A stretch of 64,000 bases of DNA from positions 3,410,001-3,474,000 of the forward strand of contig JBHGNT010000017.1 of NCBI GenBank assembly GCA_043228905.1, written 5' to 3'. Positions 10,418 through 21,484 of this stretch are shown in pieces. The notes beneath the pieces were generated by a model. That model was not told where the DNA came from and did not search any database. It saw only the letters and a list, made by a program, of their open reading frames with translations. The stretch's first letter is position 1; each line of letters begins with the position of its first letter. Source of the stretch: Azolla caroliniana. Taxonomy: Eukaryota; Plantae; Polypodiophyta. The translations under genes and the position numbers were made by a program.

Positions 10418-12458
10418 ATGAGGGGGTCGGACCTCGCAGAAGCCATGGCTTCGGCTGTGGACCGTATAGTGAGTGCGCGCGAAGACACTGGCGCCCTTGA
10501 TAGGGCTATCGAGGCGGTTGTCGGTACGATCGGCCGGTTTAGTGGGAAGGATGCCACGAGCTACTTGGCGTCCTACCGGGCTAAGATGGTAATGAGGGAC
10601 ATTCCGGAAGAGAGGCGTCTAGCCGGATTCCCTCGAGTGGCGATGCTGGGCATCCATACGGAGGTGCTCGAGGTACGGGCCGAGAGCCGGACCTAGGAGG
10701 AGTTCGAAGGTCGGCTCCTCGAAAGATACGGGCTTGAAGATGCGCTTCGACTTTCGAAGCGGGACTTCATGGAGTGGGTGGAGACCCCCGACAAAGGAAG
10801 GAACGCGTCAGTGCTCCTTCGGGAGTTTGAGGAACGCTTCGCGCGCCTCTCGGTGCTTGACCGGACCGTTCTGGACACAAGTCGTGTCCTATTGTTTGTT
10901 AAGTCGGTTGACGAGCGGGATCAGGAGCAGGTAGGCCTCCTATTGGAGACTGATGACGGGCTGACGGCCGACTGGGCCGTGGTGAAAAGGGTTTGTGGCC
11001 GTTTCGACAAACGGGGGGGATGGGTTGACAATGGATCGACAGGGGCGGGCTCTGTCGCAGCAAGGAAGCTCGAGCCAACACCACCAACGCGAAGGGAAGA
11101 GACCCGAGATTGGCTCAAGACCGGGTCGGCTTCAACCGGCATGGTCAATGGCTCATCCGGGGGAGCAGCTCTGGAGGAACTGACGCAGATGGTAAAGGAT
11201 CACCAGATCGCCCAGGCACGGAGGGATGGTGGCGAACAGGCCTGTGACCGACGACCTCTGGCTGAAAACAGGTGCATGTGGTGTGACGCGGTTGGGCACA
11301 TCCGGAAGGACTGCGGGGACTTCGCCGAGGCGATGAGAAGCAATGTGGTCTACTGTGGAACGGTTGGGTGCACACCAGCGAGACCCGAAGGGCCCTGAAC
11401 CTGAACGTCGGGCGAGGGGGTATGAAAAGGCTGATGGAGGAGGCGGCGGCTCGTCACGCAGAGACCGTCCACTACTCGGCGTCAGCTGGTATTTGGGTCA
11501 GAGGTGGCGAGGCCCCGAAGACGAACAAAGCCGGGTTCTGGCCAACGATGTTGGAAGGCCTCGCCGACGCACGGCTAAGGAAAGAAGAGGTGGACCGCGC
11601 GGAAAAACGGGTCCGGGAGGTAACCAAGTGGAGTGACCCGGTGGAAGAAATGAGACTCGATATGAGACTCGATTCGGGCAAAGACGGAATGAGGCCGTTG
11701 TAACCAGCGCCCAGGATAATCCCAAGAAGGGCGGGTACCGGCTGGGCACAGAAATCGAAAGATCCACGGACCTGCGAAAAGTCCTGGAAGAACGAATCCT
11801 CGACAGCAAGGTGGAGCTATCACTGAGGGAAGTGCTCGGGATCGCCAAGAAGGAGTTCCACGACTCCATCGTAGACTTGGTGAAGAGGAAGAGGCTATCG
11901 ACGGAGACAAAACCGGAGAAGCTAGTGGAGGTGCGGACGACGCATATAGAGGACATGGCGCTAGAAGACGAGTTGGCGAAGAGCCACTATTCGAGGCCGC
12001 ACTGGGCTAGAGCGACCACGGAGACCCCCGTGAAGATCGGAGATGTTCATGAACCGGTGGTGGCGTTGGTGGACCATGGTTCAGAAATCAATTTGATGTC
12101 CATGGACTTCTATAAGAAGGGAAAATGGCCGATCAACACCAAGCACGAGTGGAAAATACGGGCGGCGACACGCGCCACCGAAGAACTGCATGGAGCTTGC
12201 CCGAACGTACGAGTAAAGATCGGCGATGTCGAGATTGACCAGCACTTCTTCGTGCAGGAGACGTCCTCACATCTGGTTATACTAGGTGAACCGTACATCA
12301 CGGCAGCACGAATGGAGACCAAGGTGTTGGACAACGGCTCGGCCTATGCAAGGGTCAAGAGCCAGGATGGGCGTCACTCGGTCCAGTTCCTGACGGTGAG
12401 ACCGAACCATGAGCGGAACCGCGAGACCCTCGGGGGCGAAAGTCGAGAGGATTTTTAG
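10418..12458 (+). pseudogene. gag: gag-protease ORF of family A copy 3 (disrupted)
   Basis: Contains capsid-like region, CMWCDAVGHIRKDC, a conserved KVLEERILDSKVELSLREVLG segment (DUF4100-like by recollection) and protease ALVDHGSEINLM. Lesions: TAG at 10694-10696, frameshift ~11352, deletion/duplication ~11650. Confidence 0.85.
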
Positions 12459-12514
12459 AGAGGGCTATCAAGGCGTGGGGCCGCGATAGTCCGGACACTC
12501 CGGGAAAACCCCAC
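12449..12514 (+). promoter_or_regulatory. Programmed -1 ribosomal frameshift cassette between protease and RT
   Basis: G_GAT_TTT (12449-12455) then TAG and a 6-nt spacer. Stem GGGCTATC/GATAGTCC, with loop GTGGGG pairing to CCCCAC (12509-12514). The -1 frame is open for ~160 codons. Confidence 0.75.
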
Positions 12515-15500
12515 AAGTGTACGATAGCGAAGAAGACCTGTACTATAAGCAGGGAATTTTGGTTCTCCGACAACGGAGGGTGTACGATAGTCGACGTTGT
12601 TGGCAAGAAGAAGAAAAGGGCGGAGGAGCAACTTCGGGCATGTGGTATCCTCGGCCTTGGAGAGGAAATCAACGGAGCCGTGGAGGCGGTCTCTTTCGTC
12701 GATACCTTGGGGGAGCTGCGAGAGGTAGTCGGAGGAGTCCTTAAAGAGGACCGGACGATTCCGGTATGTTCGGAAAAGATGTACAAAGTCATCGCGGACT
12801 TCAGTAGAGGGCTCGAGTCAGACCGGACGGCCCGGGTGGACACGAGGTACAAGACTGTGGACCGGAAGGTGAGGCCAGTCGCGGCTCCCTTGTCGGAGGG
12901 CAGCGAGTTGCGAATAAAAGAAGGTGCGTAGACCCGACAGTCGTGGAACCGATGGTGATGTTCACGGTACCGCATGTGCCGTGGAGTCTCAAACCGATTC
13001 CAGTACCCAGAGCTCACATCCCGAAGCTAATGGAGCTGTTAAAGCAGAAGGTCGAGATGGGAATCCTCGAACCGTCGAGTGCCCCATACTTGAATCGGTG
13101 GTTTATCGTGCCGAAGAAGGACGGCACGCTACGCTTTATTCAAGACCTGCAGCCGGTCAACAAGGTGACCATTCGAAACGCAGGAATCGGACTGACAATA
13201 GACGAGTTCGCGGAGGCCTTTGCCGGAAGGTCGATTTACTCGGTCGGTGATCTCTACTCGGGGTACGATCAGTTCCAGCTTGCCATAAAGAGCAGAGACA
13301 TCACGACAATGCAAACTCCTCTCGGCCTAGTACGAATGTGTACCCTACCGCAAGGAGGGACGAACTCGGTGGCTCACATGGTGAACGCAATGAACAAAGT
13401 GCTGAGGGAATGTATCCCGGACATCACCATGCCGTTTTTGGACGACGTCCCGATCAAGGGATGCCCGGTGGAGGAAAGGGACGAGACGGTCGGACCGGAC
13501 GGATGCCGGAAATTCGTGGCAACGCACATCGATGACTGCGAGAAGGTGCTGCAGAGGTTGGAGGGCGCGAGGCTCACCTTCTCCGGGGGAAAATCGGCCT
13601 TCGGGCAATCAGAGATCATGGTCGTCGGACACCTATGCGGGCCGTACGGCCAGAAACCGTCTCCGGCTAAGGTAGAAGCCATCTCCGCGATGAAGAACGA
13701 CTGTAGCTCGGTCACGGAGGTTCGGAGGTTCGGAGGTTCTTGGGAGTGTGCGCGTTCTACCACATATGGATCCCGCATTACGCTCACGTCGCGGAGCCGT
13801 TATACGGGTTGCTGAAAAAGGGGCGAAAATTCGAGTGGAGAGACGAGCATACGGAGTCTGTCCGGAAGATGAAGGAAGCACTTGCCACGGCTCCGGCGCT
13901 CCGAAAGGCTGTCTACGGGAAGAGCACTCCAATTTACGTAACGGTAGACACGAGTCCGATCGGGATCGGATGGGTCGTCAACCAAGAGGACGAGGACGGC
14001 GTGCGTTCTCCGATCCGGTTCGGCGCGAAGGTCCTCAGCGAGCGACAGCGAGGATACGCCCAGGTTAAACGCGAGCTCTGGGGTATCGTTTCGGCGGTAA
14101 AGGCTGATAAAGACTACCTGATCGGGACAGAGGTAATTATCGAGACGGACTGCCTACCGATCCTTGGCATGGTTTCCGGATGCGTGACGCCGGACCTAGC
14201 AATGCTCAGTTGGATAGCGTACATCAAGTCCCTAAATCCGAAAATACGACACATTTCCGGGAAAGACAACGCCATGGCCGATATGCTTTCAAGGGCGAGG
14301 TTCGAAAACGACGGCGGCATGGTTTCAGAGGACGAGGAAGTCGGCGTGGACTTCTTCAAGGCGGCTTACGTAACAACTGGCAGGGAATGCTCTCCAATGC
14401 TTCACGATTTCGACGAGAGCAAGTACGACGGGGAGTGGCTGCAGATCGGCGGGTTCCTGAAAACAATGACGTCGGACGCGGCATGGACAACGGACGAGGC
14501 CAACCAGATTCGGAAGAAAGCCTACCGATTCTTTCTCCGGGACGGATACATATGGAAGCACCCGAAGAAGAGGAACGGCATCCCGCTCCGAGTGGTGGCG
14601 AAGAAGGAGGAACAGGAGGATTTGTTGGCGGCGTACCACGATAGCCCGTGGGCTAGACACCGTGGAACATGGGCCACATTCGAAAAGCTAAAGGGGAAGT
14701 ACTGGTGGCCGGGACTATACCGGGACGTGCATCGGTTTGTGACGACTTGCGAAAGCTGTCAAGTGCACTCCATGATCCGACATCGGGACGAGCTTCACCC
14801 GACCTACCCTCCGACCGTCCACTTCAAGTGGATGGTGGATTTGGTGACGATGCCAATGGGGGTAGGACAGATGCGGTATATGGTGCTGGCTCGGGAAGAT
14901 CTAACGAACCAGGTTGAAGGCCGAGCCCTGCAGAACAAGACGACGGCAGCCGTGTGCCGGTTTTTTATTGAGGACGTAGTATGCCGATACGGGTGCATAG
15001 GGAAGATCGTGGCTGACCGTGGTGAGCTGGACGCAGAAGAGGCCGAAGAGCTGTTCGGCCGGCTAGGAGTCAAACTTTCGCTCACCACAGCGTACAATCC
15101 GGAGGCGAACGGGAAGGTGGAGCGCGGACACGGGCCAATTGTCAAAGCGCTAGTACGGGCGTGCGGAGGCCGAGTCGGGGACTGGCCATGGCTGCTACCT
15201 TATGCCTTGTGGGCGGACCGGACTACGCACAGTCCGGTAACCAGGTTCATGCCGGCCGAGCTGATGCTCGGACAGAAGCCGATCATGCCAACAGAGCGAA
15301 CGATCCCCTCGTGGGCCACGGTGGACTGGAGGGATGAGATGAGCCGGGAGGTACTGTTGACGGCGCGGATTCGACAGCTCGAGCGGAGGCCGGAGGACGT
15401 AGAGCAAGTCGCGGAGAAACTTCGAGTAGTGAGGATAAGGAACAAAGCCCAGTTCGACCGAACACACCGGTCCAGGCCAAGGAAGATCGAGGAAGGCGAC

Positions 15501-15773
15501 TGGGTGCTAGTCTACGACAGCAGCCTCGACAATCAACACAGGGCCACGCGGAAGTTTGCGAGGAGGTGGTTCGGGCCTTACGTAGTAACAGGCGCCAACG
15601 GCAATGGGATGTACCATCTCGCGGAGCTCGACGGTACAAGAATGGCGATACCGGTAGCGGGGAAGAGGATCAAAGCATTCAAGAAACGGCACGACGGGGA
15701 GACAGAGCTAGGGGGCATGGACAGCGACGACGAGCAGCCCGAGGTGGAGGATGAACCGGTAAATGAGGAATAA
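12449..15773 (+). pseudogene. pol: pol (RT-RNaseH-IN) of family A copy 3, two frameshifting lesions
   Basis: YKTVDRKVRPV; RT LPQGGTNSV and PFLDDVPIKG; RH VDTSPIGIGW; IN HHCC, DDE and GPY (WFGPYVV). Apparent deletion ~12925 and an extra CGGAGGTT unit at ~13715-13738. Confidence 0.93.
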
Positions 15774-15836
15774 AAGCAAGGATCGGTTTTCTCCCGTAGG
15801 AACCCAATTTTGGCGCATACCGGTGGATACGCGGTT

Positions 15837-15849
15837 AGGTGGGGGTGGA
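15837..15849 (+). promoter_or_regulatory. Polypurine tract of family A copy 3
   Basis: AGGTGGGGGTGGA immediately before the 3' LTR; the same motif precedes the LTR at 17172. Confidence 0.85.
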
Positions 15850-16530
15850 TGTCGTGAAGAAAATCGTCCCCATGCGCAAACCGTGTATAGTGTGTGTGAA
15901 CCGGCCCTTACACGTGGGCACGTCCCTTGTCGTATAGTAGATAGGTAGGCACAAAGGTTAAATCCTAGGTAGCAATATTCTATAAGGGAAATCAAGGAGT
16001 ATCTCTGTTCGAAAGGACAGAGAATTAATGTGATGTAAACGGGTGAAACGACCTCCCTCCTTGAGCTATAAAAGAGAGGGAGACGGGGGGAGAGAAGACA
16101 TCGCGCGCTAGAGGGAACGAAGTGTTGTCAGACTGGGACCGAGCTCTTCTTCTCTGTCGTTCTCCATAGCTTTCTTTTGCGCAGGCTCTCGAGAGGCTGA
16201 TTCTGCTCCGTGGAACGCCCGTGTGCTTCCAGCAGAATCTCCATCTTGCTCTCCTGTGTGTGTGGGTGATCAGGCGTCGGCACCCACCTCGCCGACTTGG
16301 TCGGCTGTAACTGTTCGAGTCGTCTGCATACATACAAATACATGCTTATATTTACATACACACTCTAGTGTTCTCAACTCGCGTCTCCTGTGTTGTTGTG
16401 ACGCGTCCCCGTGTGCTTCTTTGTCTATACGTGAGTGAGCATCTCTCTCTCTCTTTTCCTCACCTATTCCTCGGTCCAAGACCCCAGTGGACCCGCCTTG
16501 TTCTCCATGCACGCGCGTAACAACGCGACA
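15850..16530 (+). repeat. 3' LTR of family A copy 3
   Basis: Direct repeat of 9692-10374, followed by TSD CCGT. Confidence 0.96.
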
Positions 16531-16534
16531 CCGT

Positions 16535-17723
16535 GTGGCATGCAAGGCCAAGCGGGCAAAAAAGGCATGAATCTGGATGAAGCGATAACGAGAGCCGCGA
16601 AGGACACTGACGCGGAGGATGGGATGGAGGTATGCTCTACCGCGAGAGAACACGGCGAGCGAGGGAGAAGTGAGGAGCACGTAATGGGGTCACGTAAGGA
16701 CCAAAGAACGAGCGCGCATTCGGTGGACAACAACGACACACGGAAAGAGCCTACGGAAGCCGAGTGCGGGATGGAAGGAGTCAACACGAGGTATTCGAGA
16801 GGAGGAGACGGTCGAACCAAAGGAGGAACACACGCGGTACGCGGTACGCGGAATCCGGCTTGCGATCGGAGTGACCGGGGGCCCAATCAGAGAACATACG
16901 TGGCGGACAAAGTCGGGGTGACTGAGTTGGCAACGTCGTTCGGAAGGACCGATCGGGAAGGATGGCGCGAACGTCGAATATGTTGGATCGGATGGAGCCG
17001 GTGGGTCGGGGCAGGTAAGGAACCGGCAAGACGGATCGGCACCGGCAAGGGACCAGCAAGACGGTCGGGTGTCGGGAAGGCGAAGAACCCGATTGATCAC
17101 CGTCGCCGAAATCTCTCACCCTTTTCCTTTCTTGGCACGTACCGGTGGACATGCGGTTTGGTGGGGGTGGATGTCGTGAAGATTTCCGGTTACAGTGTGA
17201 AATCGGGGTGGAATGGGCAAGTCAGTGGTGTGCAACATGTGCACATGTATACTAGAAAATGGTGTATAGAAATAAGAGGGGAAATTTTATCCCACATTGT
17301 AAGGTCCCTCCCTCCTTGGGCTATAAAAGGAAGGGAGGGGTCACTTATGAAGGGGTTGCCTATTTTGCGTATGAGAGGTATACCACTTAGTCTAGAGTTC
17401 TTACCGCTTTAGGGTTAGGGTTTCGTTTAGGGTTTTCTTCTTCATCTTCTTTACTTGCTTATCGGGTTAGGGTTTTGTTATACCGTTTGGTGCGGCCTAT
17501 GCGGCCTTGGTTGTAATCTTTGTGAACTCTTAATATAGCTTGTTGATCTTCTTGCCTTGTGGGTGTATCTTGATTCTATTCTATTCTATGTTTATGTGCT
17601 ATTCTTCCTCTTCTCCTCTTGAGCTAAGCTTCCATTTTGTGTCTTATTCCTTCTCCTCTACTCCCTCATCCGAGACTCCCGTGGTCCTGCCCCTTCTACA
17701 CGCACGCGCGTAATAACGCGGCA
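16535..17723 (+). mobile_element. Family A-related copy 4 remnant: extended 3' internal region (continuing from ~9270-9691), PPT and 3' LTR 17172-17723
   Basis: PPT GGTGGGGGTGGA then TGTCGTGAAG...CACGCGCGTAATAACGCGGCA, sharing family A LTR termini. It is the host of copy 3 (TSD CCGT). Confidence 0.8.
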
Positions 17724-18023
17724 GTGTGTACTTGTTGTCATTGTTACTAGATGAGTTGAAAGAGTGTGAGAGAGTGTGTGGTAACCCTATAACCGTCTGT
17801 AGACAAAGAAGAGCTCAAGGTTGTTTCCTCAGAGTCTCTTATTGTATTCCCCTCGATATAGTGATTATTTGGAGTTTATGGACTCCCGTGGTTTTTCCCT
17901 TTTAGGATTTTCCACATTAAATATTGTGCCTCAGTGGTGTGTGTATTTTTCCATGTTTTCTGTTGTCATTCAATCTCTTGTTATTCCCTCATTGTTGTTT
18001 GAGAATCAGTTGTGGCTGACTCC

Positions 18024-18027
<4 letters not shown>
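17724..18027 (+). repeat. Copia-like LTR 3' half (R/U5)
   Basis: CCCGTGGTTTTTCCC..GGATTTTCCACATTAAA motif as in the solo LTR at 8374-9007. Probably the continuation of the LTR begun at 9024. Confidence 0.55.
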
Positions 18028-18055
<28 letters not shown>

Positions 18056-18058
<3 letters not shown>

Positions 18059-18340
18059 ATTCACAAAAGTAGCGGGAATATTTACATTTAAAGGTGGATG
18101 GAACCCATAAATAGCAAAGAATGATGTTGTGTCGATTGAAGAGTGTATGGTATTGTTGTACGCAAACTCGAGAATCAGTAGGATTTGCATCAAATCATCT
18201 TGTTGATAGCTCACGATATACTCAGAGATATTACTTGAGGATCTGGTTTATCCATTATATTTGAGCATCAATTTTGAGGGTGAAATGCTAGTGACAACTT
18301 GGTTGTAGTTTTGAGAAGTTGGACAAGCATTTCCCCAAAT
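18056..18340 (-). pseudogene. Decayed chromovirus-like integrase fragment
   Basis: SYQQDD...LEFAYNNTIHSSIDTTSFFAIYGFHP, homologous to the IN segment at 2213-2400. Confidence 0.75.
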
Positions 18341-19656
18341 TATGTGATAGTCTATAAAAGTCATTTTTGGTGCTCTTTTGTAGTTCTTCATCACTTTGTC
18401 ACTTTAGGTTAGAGCTTAAATCTTATTAATTTCTCTCTCTCTCTCTCTTTGGTGAAAACACACAATTATATTAATAAATGTGTGTAAAAAACACTACTTG
18501 CAATGGGTGTGACCATGAAGTATGGTCACCCACTAACTACATTACACTACATGGGTAGTGGAACATGTTGAATTGCCAATAGGCAAGACGAACACTCCAC
18601 TGAGGAAAGAATTTCCACTTGTTCCAATAAAGAAAATTGCCACATTAGTACTCCCTTCAACTTTCGTAGATATGCTTTCACTCCATGTCTACCATCGAAT
18701 ACAAAAGCGTTGCGCATATTCCAATTATGATGCAATCCCCAATATCTCAGAAATAGAAAAACGATCTCCATCTCTGACTTTAGGTCCACCTATGTAAATT
18801 GTGCAAACATCCACTATCTAGGTGTCAAATAACACTGTGATAAAACTTGCCAAATTTGAGAAATGTAACTCCAAATCTAATAAGCAATCGGACATTGTAT
18901 AAATCGATGAGTACTATCTTCCATTTGAACAGTGCAAAAAAAGCAATTACCCGTTGCTAGTCCACGACGCTTTAGAGCTAATCCCAAAGGCAATCCTCCA
19001 ATCAAAAGTCTCCAAATGAAGACCTTTGCTACAAGTGGCAATTTAGAATGCCAACTACGTTGTAAGATTTGCCACCACCCATGATCATATTTGTGTAATA
19101 TCCATTCTTCTTCAGCCTTAGATGATAACCATCCAAGAGACTCAACAGAGCAATGATACAAAAGATTAGTAGTCACTTGTAACAACGATGTTTGTCCCTT
19201 TAAACACCAATCAATCCACGATTGTTCTCCTATTTGTAGAGGTAAGGGACCTTGCATCAATGGAATATTTTGTAGTTGTTGCCAAATAAACCCATAATTA
19301 GGCGGAATGCGTAATAATTGTCACACTTCAACAAACGCCAAAATTCTTTGAGATGGAGCCTCAACTATATCTCCCACCTCTTTGACCCCCAAGCGAAACA
19401 AACGATTAAATTGAGAGCACAATCTCTCCTTTCCTGGCCAATATAATAACCGAGAAGAAACAAGTAACTCTTTTTGCAAAGAATTACAATGCTCTCTACT
19501 AGATGATGGTTTCCATACACATAACAAGAGTGCTTCTTGTCATGAGGTAACCAAGTGTTGAACACATGTAGAGCCTGGAATCCTAAGTGAAATACATCCA
19601 TTTAGTAATTGCCACCATGAAGCTTAATTGTTGTCCTCCCATGCCTTGTTCTCAAT

Positions 19657-19958
19657 TGTTGAGAGTCGAACTCAACTTCCCATAGATAGGTTTCACACTA
19701 GCTCATGGACATGTTGGGCTAGTTTTGTAAATAGTAGAAAGGGAACTTGCCCTAGCTTAGTTGGTATATAAACCAACACATTGTAACTTAGTTACGGTTG
19801 GATGTTTTATGTTTGATGTATTCTTGGTTAATATATAGTTTTTCTATCTCTGCCTTAAGAGCTCTCTCTCTCTCTCTCCCTCTGTTGCCTCACACACACA
19901 CACTCTCTCAATCTTCTTCTGCTGCATTGCAATCACTCTTGCCTCCCATTCCGTTACA
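19657..19958. repeat. Solo LTR (302 bp) inserted in the LINE, 5-bp TSD TCAAT
   Basis: TGTTGAG...CGTTACA flanked by TCAAT (19652-19656 and 19959-19963). Removing it restores LINE frame QYFI-ENKAWED. Confidence 0.85.
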
Positions 19959-21135
19959 TCAATGAAATATTGAACAATAGATATCCATGGTTGTGAGTTT
20001 GAGCACATGTCTTGTAATAAGGAAAATCTACGAGCCATCATATGCTTAGATAAGTTCAATATTCCAGCTCCCCCCATGCGCTTAGGAGTTGCTAGATGAT
20101 TCCATGCAACCCAAGTGATTCCCATTTTATCCCTCTTCTTCCACAACAAATGTCGAAGAGGTTGCAAAATAGAATGCAAAGCCTTCTTTGTCCATGGCAT
20201 CAATGGCAAGTAATATAATATCATAAGTTCCATAATACATTGTACAACCTTCAAACGTACATGAAATTGCCAAGATTGTGATTTCCAATACATGAACTTA
20301 TCCCTCAACTTACTAGACATCCATTCAATCAATTGACCATTTGTAACATTCATTCCTAATGGATAGCCCAAGTGTTGAAAAATAGAGCCTTTCTTCACCA
20401 CGGATCCTTGTCATCCTAAACATTCCAAATCCCTTTAAGTACATGATATGAGACTAGACTTCCTCCAATTAATATGTAATCCGGAAGCCAATGCAAATTG
20501 GTTCTATACAAGCATCCCCTTCTCAAGATTCTCTCGTGAGGCTTGTAGAAACGTGAAAGAATCATCGGCCAAAGCTTGTGCAACTAGTTGCCCTCTTGAC
20601 AAAAGGTGTAAACCCACAATATCACCATTTGTTGCAAGCCTTGATAGCATCACTAACAATGGATGAGTAACAATAGCAAACAACAATGGGCTAATAGGGC
20701 ATCCTTGACGAACCGATCTTGTAAGGGCAATATCTAATGTAACTCCCCCATTAAGCATGACTCGAGACACCACATCTTGTCCTAATAAAAATATGAGACG
20801 AGACATACGAGGTCCAAAGCCCATTGTATGCATTAACCTAGAAACAAAGGACCCGTTGCCCTTCATCAATGGAGACCTATTTCTTTGATGGGGGGGTTGT
20901 ATAAGATATTTACAAAGGTCTTGGCAAATAGATTACAAAAGTATTTGCCAAAGTTGATACATCCCGCCCAATATGGTTTTATTGCATGTAGGAATATATT
21001 GCATAATGTGTTGATTGTTCAAATGGCCATGGATTATGCTCGAAACACTCATCAAGAATTGATTATGGTGCAATTAGATTTGGAGAAGGCTTATGATCAT
21101 CTCTATATATATCTCTCTCTCTTTTTATCGTAATT

Positions 21136-21200
21136 AGCTTACCTTAGTGGTAAGTCGATAACACTACAAGCACTGTGTCTTGGGTTCGAAACCCAATTTC
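21136..21200 (+). other. tRNA-derived (SINE-head-like) segment
   Basis: A-box-like TACCTTAGTGG and B-box GGTTCGAAACCC with tRNA-like spacing. Confidence 0.5.
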
Positions 21201-21258
21201 TTCACCTCTCTATTATATACTTCATATATAATATCTCTATTTCACTAGATGCCACTAT

Positions 21259-21326
21259 GGAATGTAGGGGTTGAACCCATGACCACCTGGTCTCCATTGG
21301 GCAACCTTACCAACTGAGCTACATCC
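21259..21326 (-). other. tRNA-derived (SINE-head or pseudo-tRNA) segment
   Basis: GGATGTAGCTCAGTTGGTAAGG...GGTCATGGGTTCAACCCC contains an A box and a B box, but no convincing anticodon arm. Confidence 0.6.
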
Positions 21327-21484
21327 ATATTAAACGAGATGTTGGATTGAAACCCCTAACACAGGTAGGAATATATTGCATAATGTGTTGAATGTTCAAA
21401 TGGCCATGGATTATGCTCGAAACACTCATCAAGAATTGATTATGGTGCAATTAGATTTGGAGAAGGCTTATGATCATGTTAATT

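Larger units (their letters stand above)
9692..16530 (+). mobile_element. Structurally complete Ty3/gypsy LTR retrotransposon, family A copy 3 (coding regions disrupted)
   Basis: LTRs 9692-10374 and 15850-16530 (about 21 substitutions plus one 2-bp indel by eye). Has 4-bp TSD CCGT, PBS-Trp, PPT and gag-PR-RT-RH-IN. Confidence 0.97.

Noticed and set aside
12920-13745. Further frame changes in copy 3 pol as programmed recoding
   Set aside because: Explained by an apparent deletion before CVDPTVVEPM and an extra 8-bp CGGAGGTT unit. No slippery site or structure is present.
41-17412. Many overlapping 60-325 aa ORFs antisense or off-frame to family A, some crossing LTR boundaries (e.g. 255-1028, 12355-13017, 16435-17412)
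   Set aside because: Expected shadows of GC-rich coding sequence. Several span insertion junctions and so cannot be genes.
21259-21326. Functional tRNA gene
   Set aside because: A and B boxes are present but the cloverleaf (anticodon arm, length) is not convincing. Kept as tRNA-derived only.
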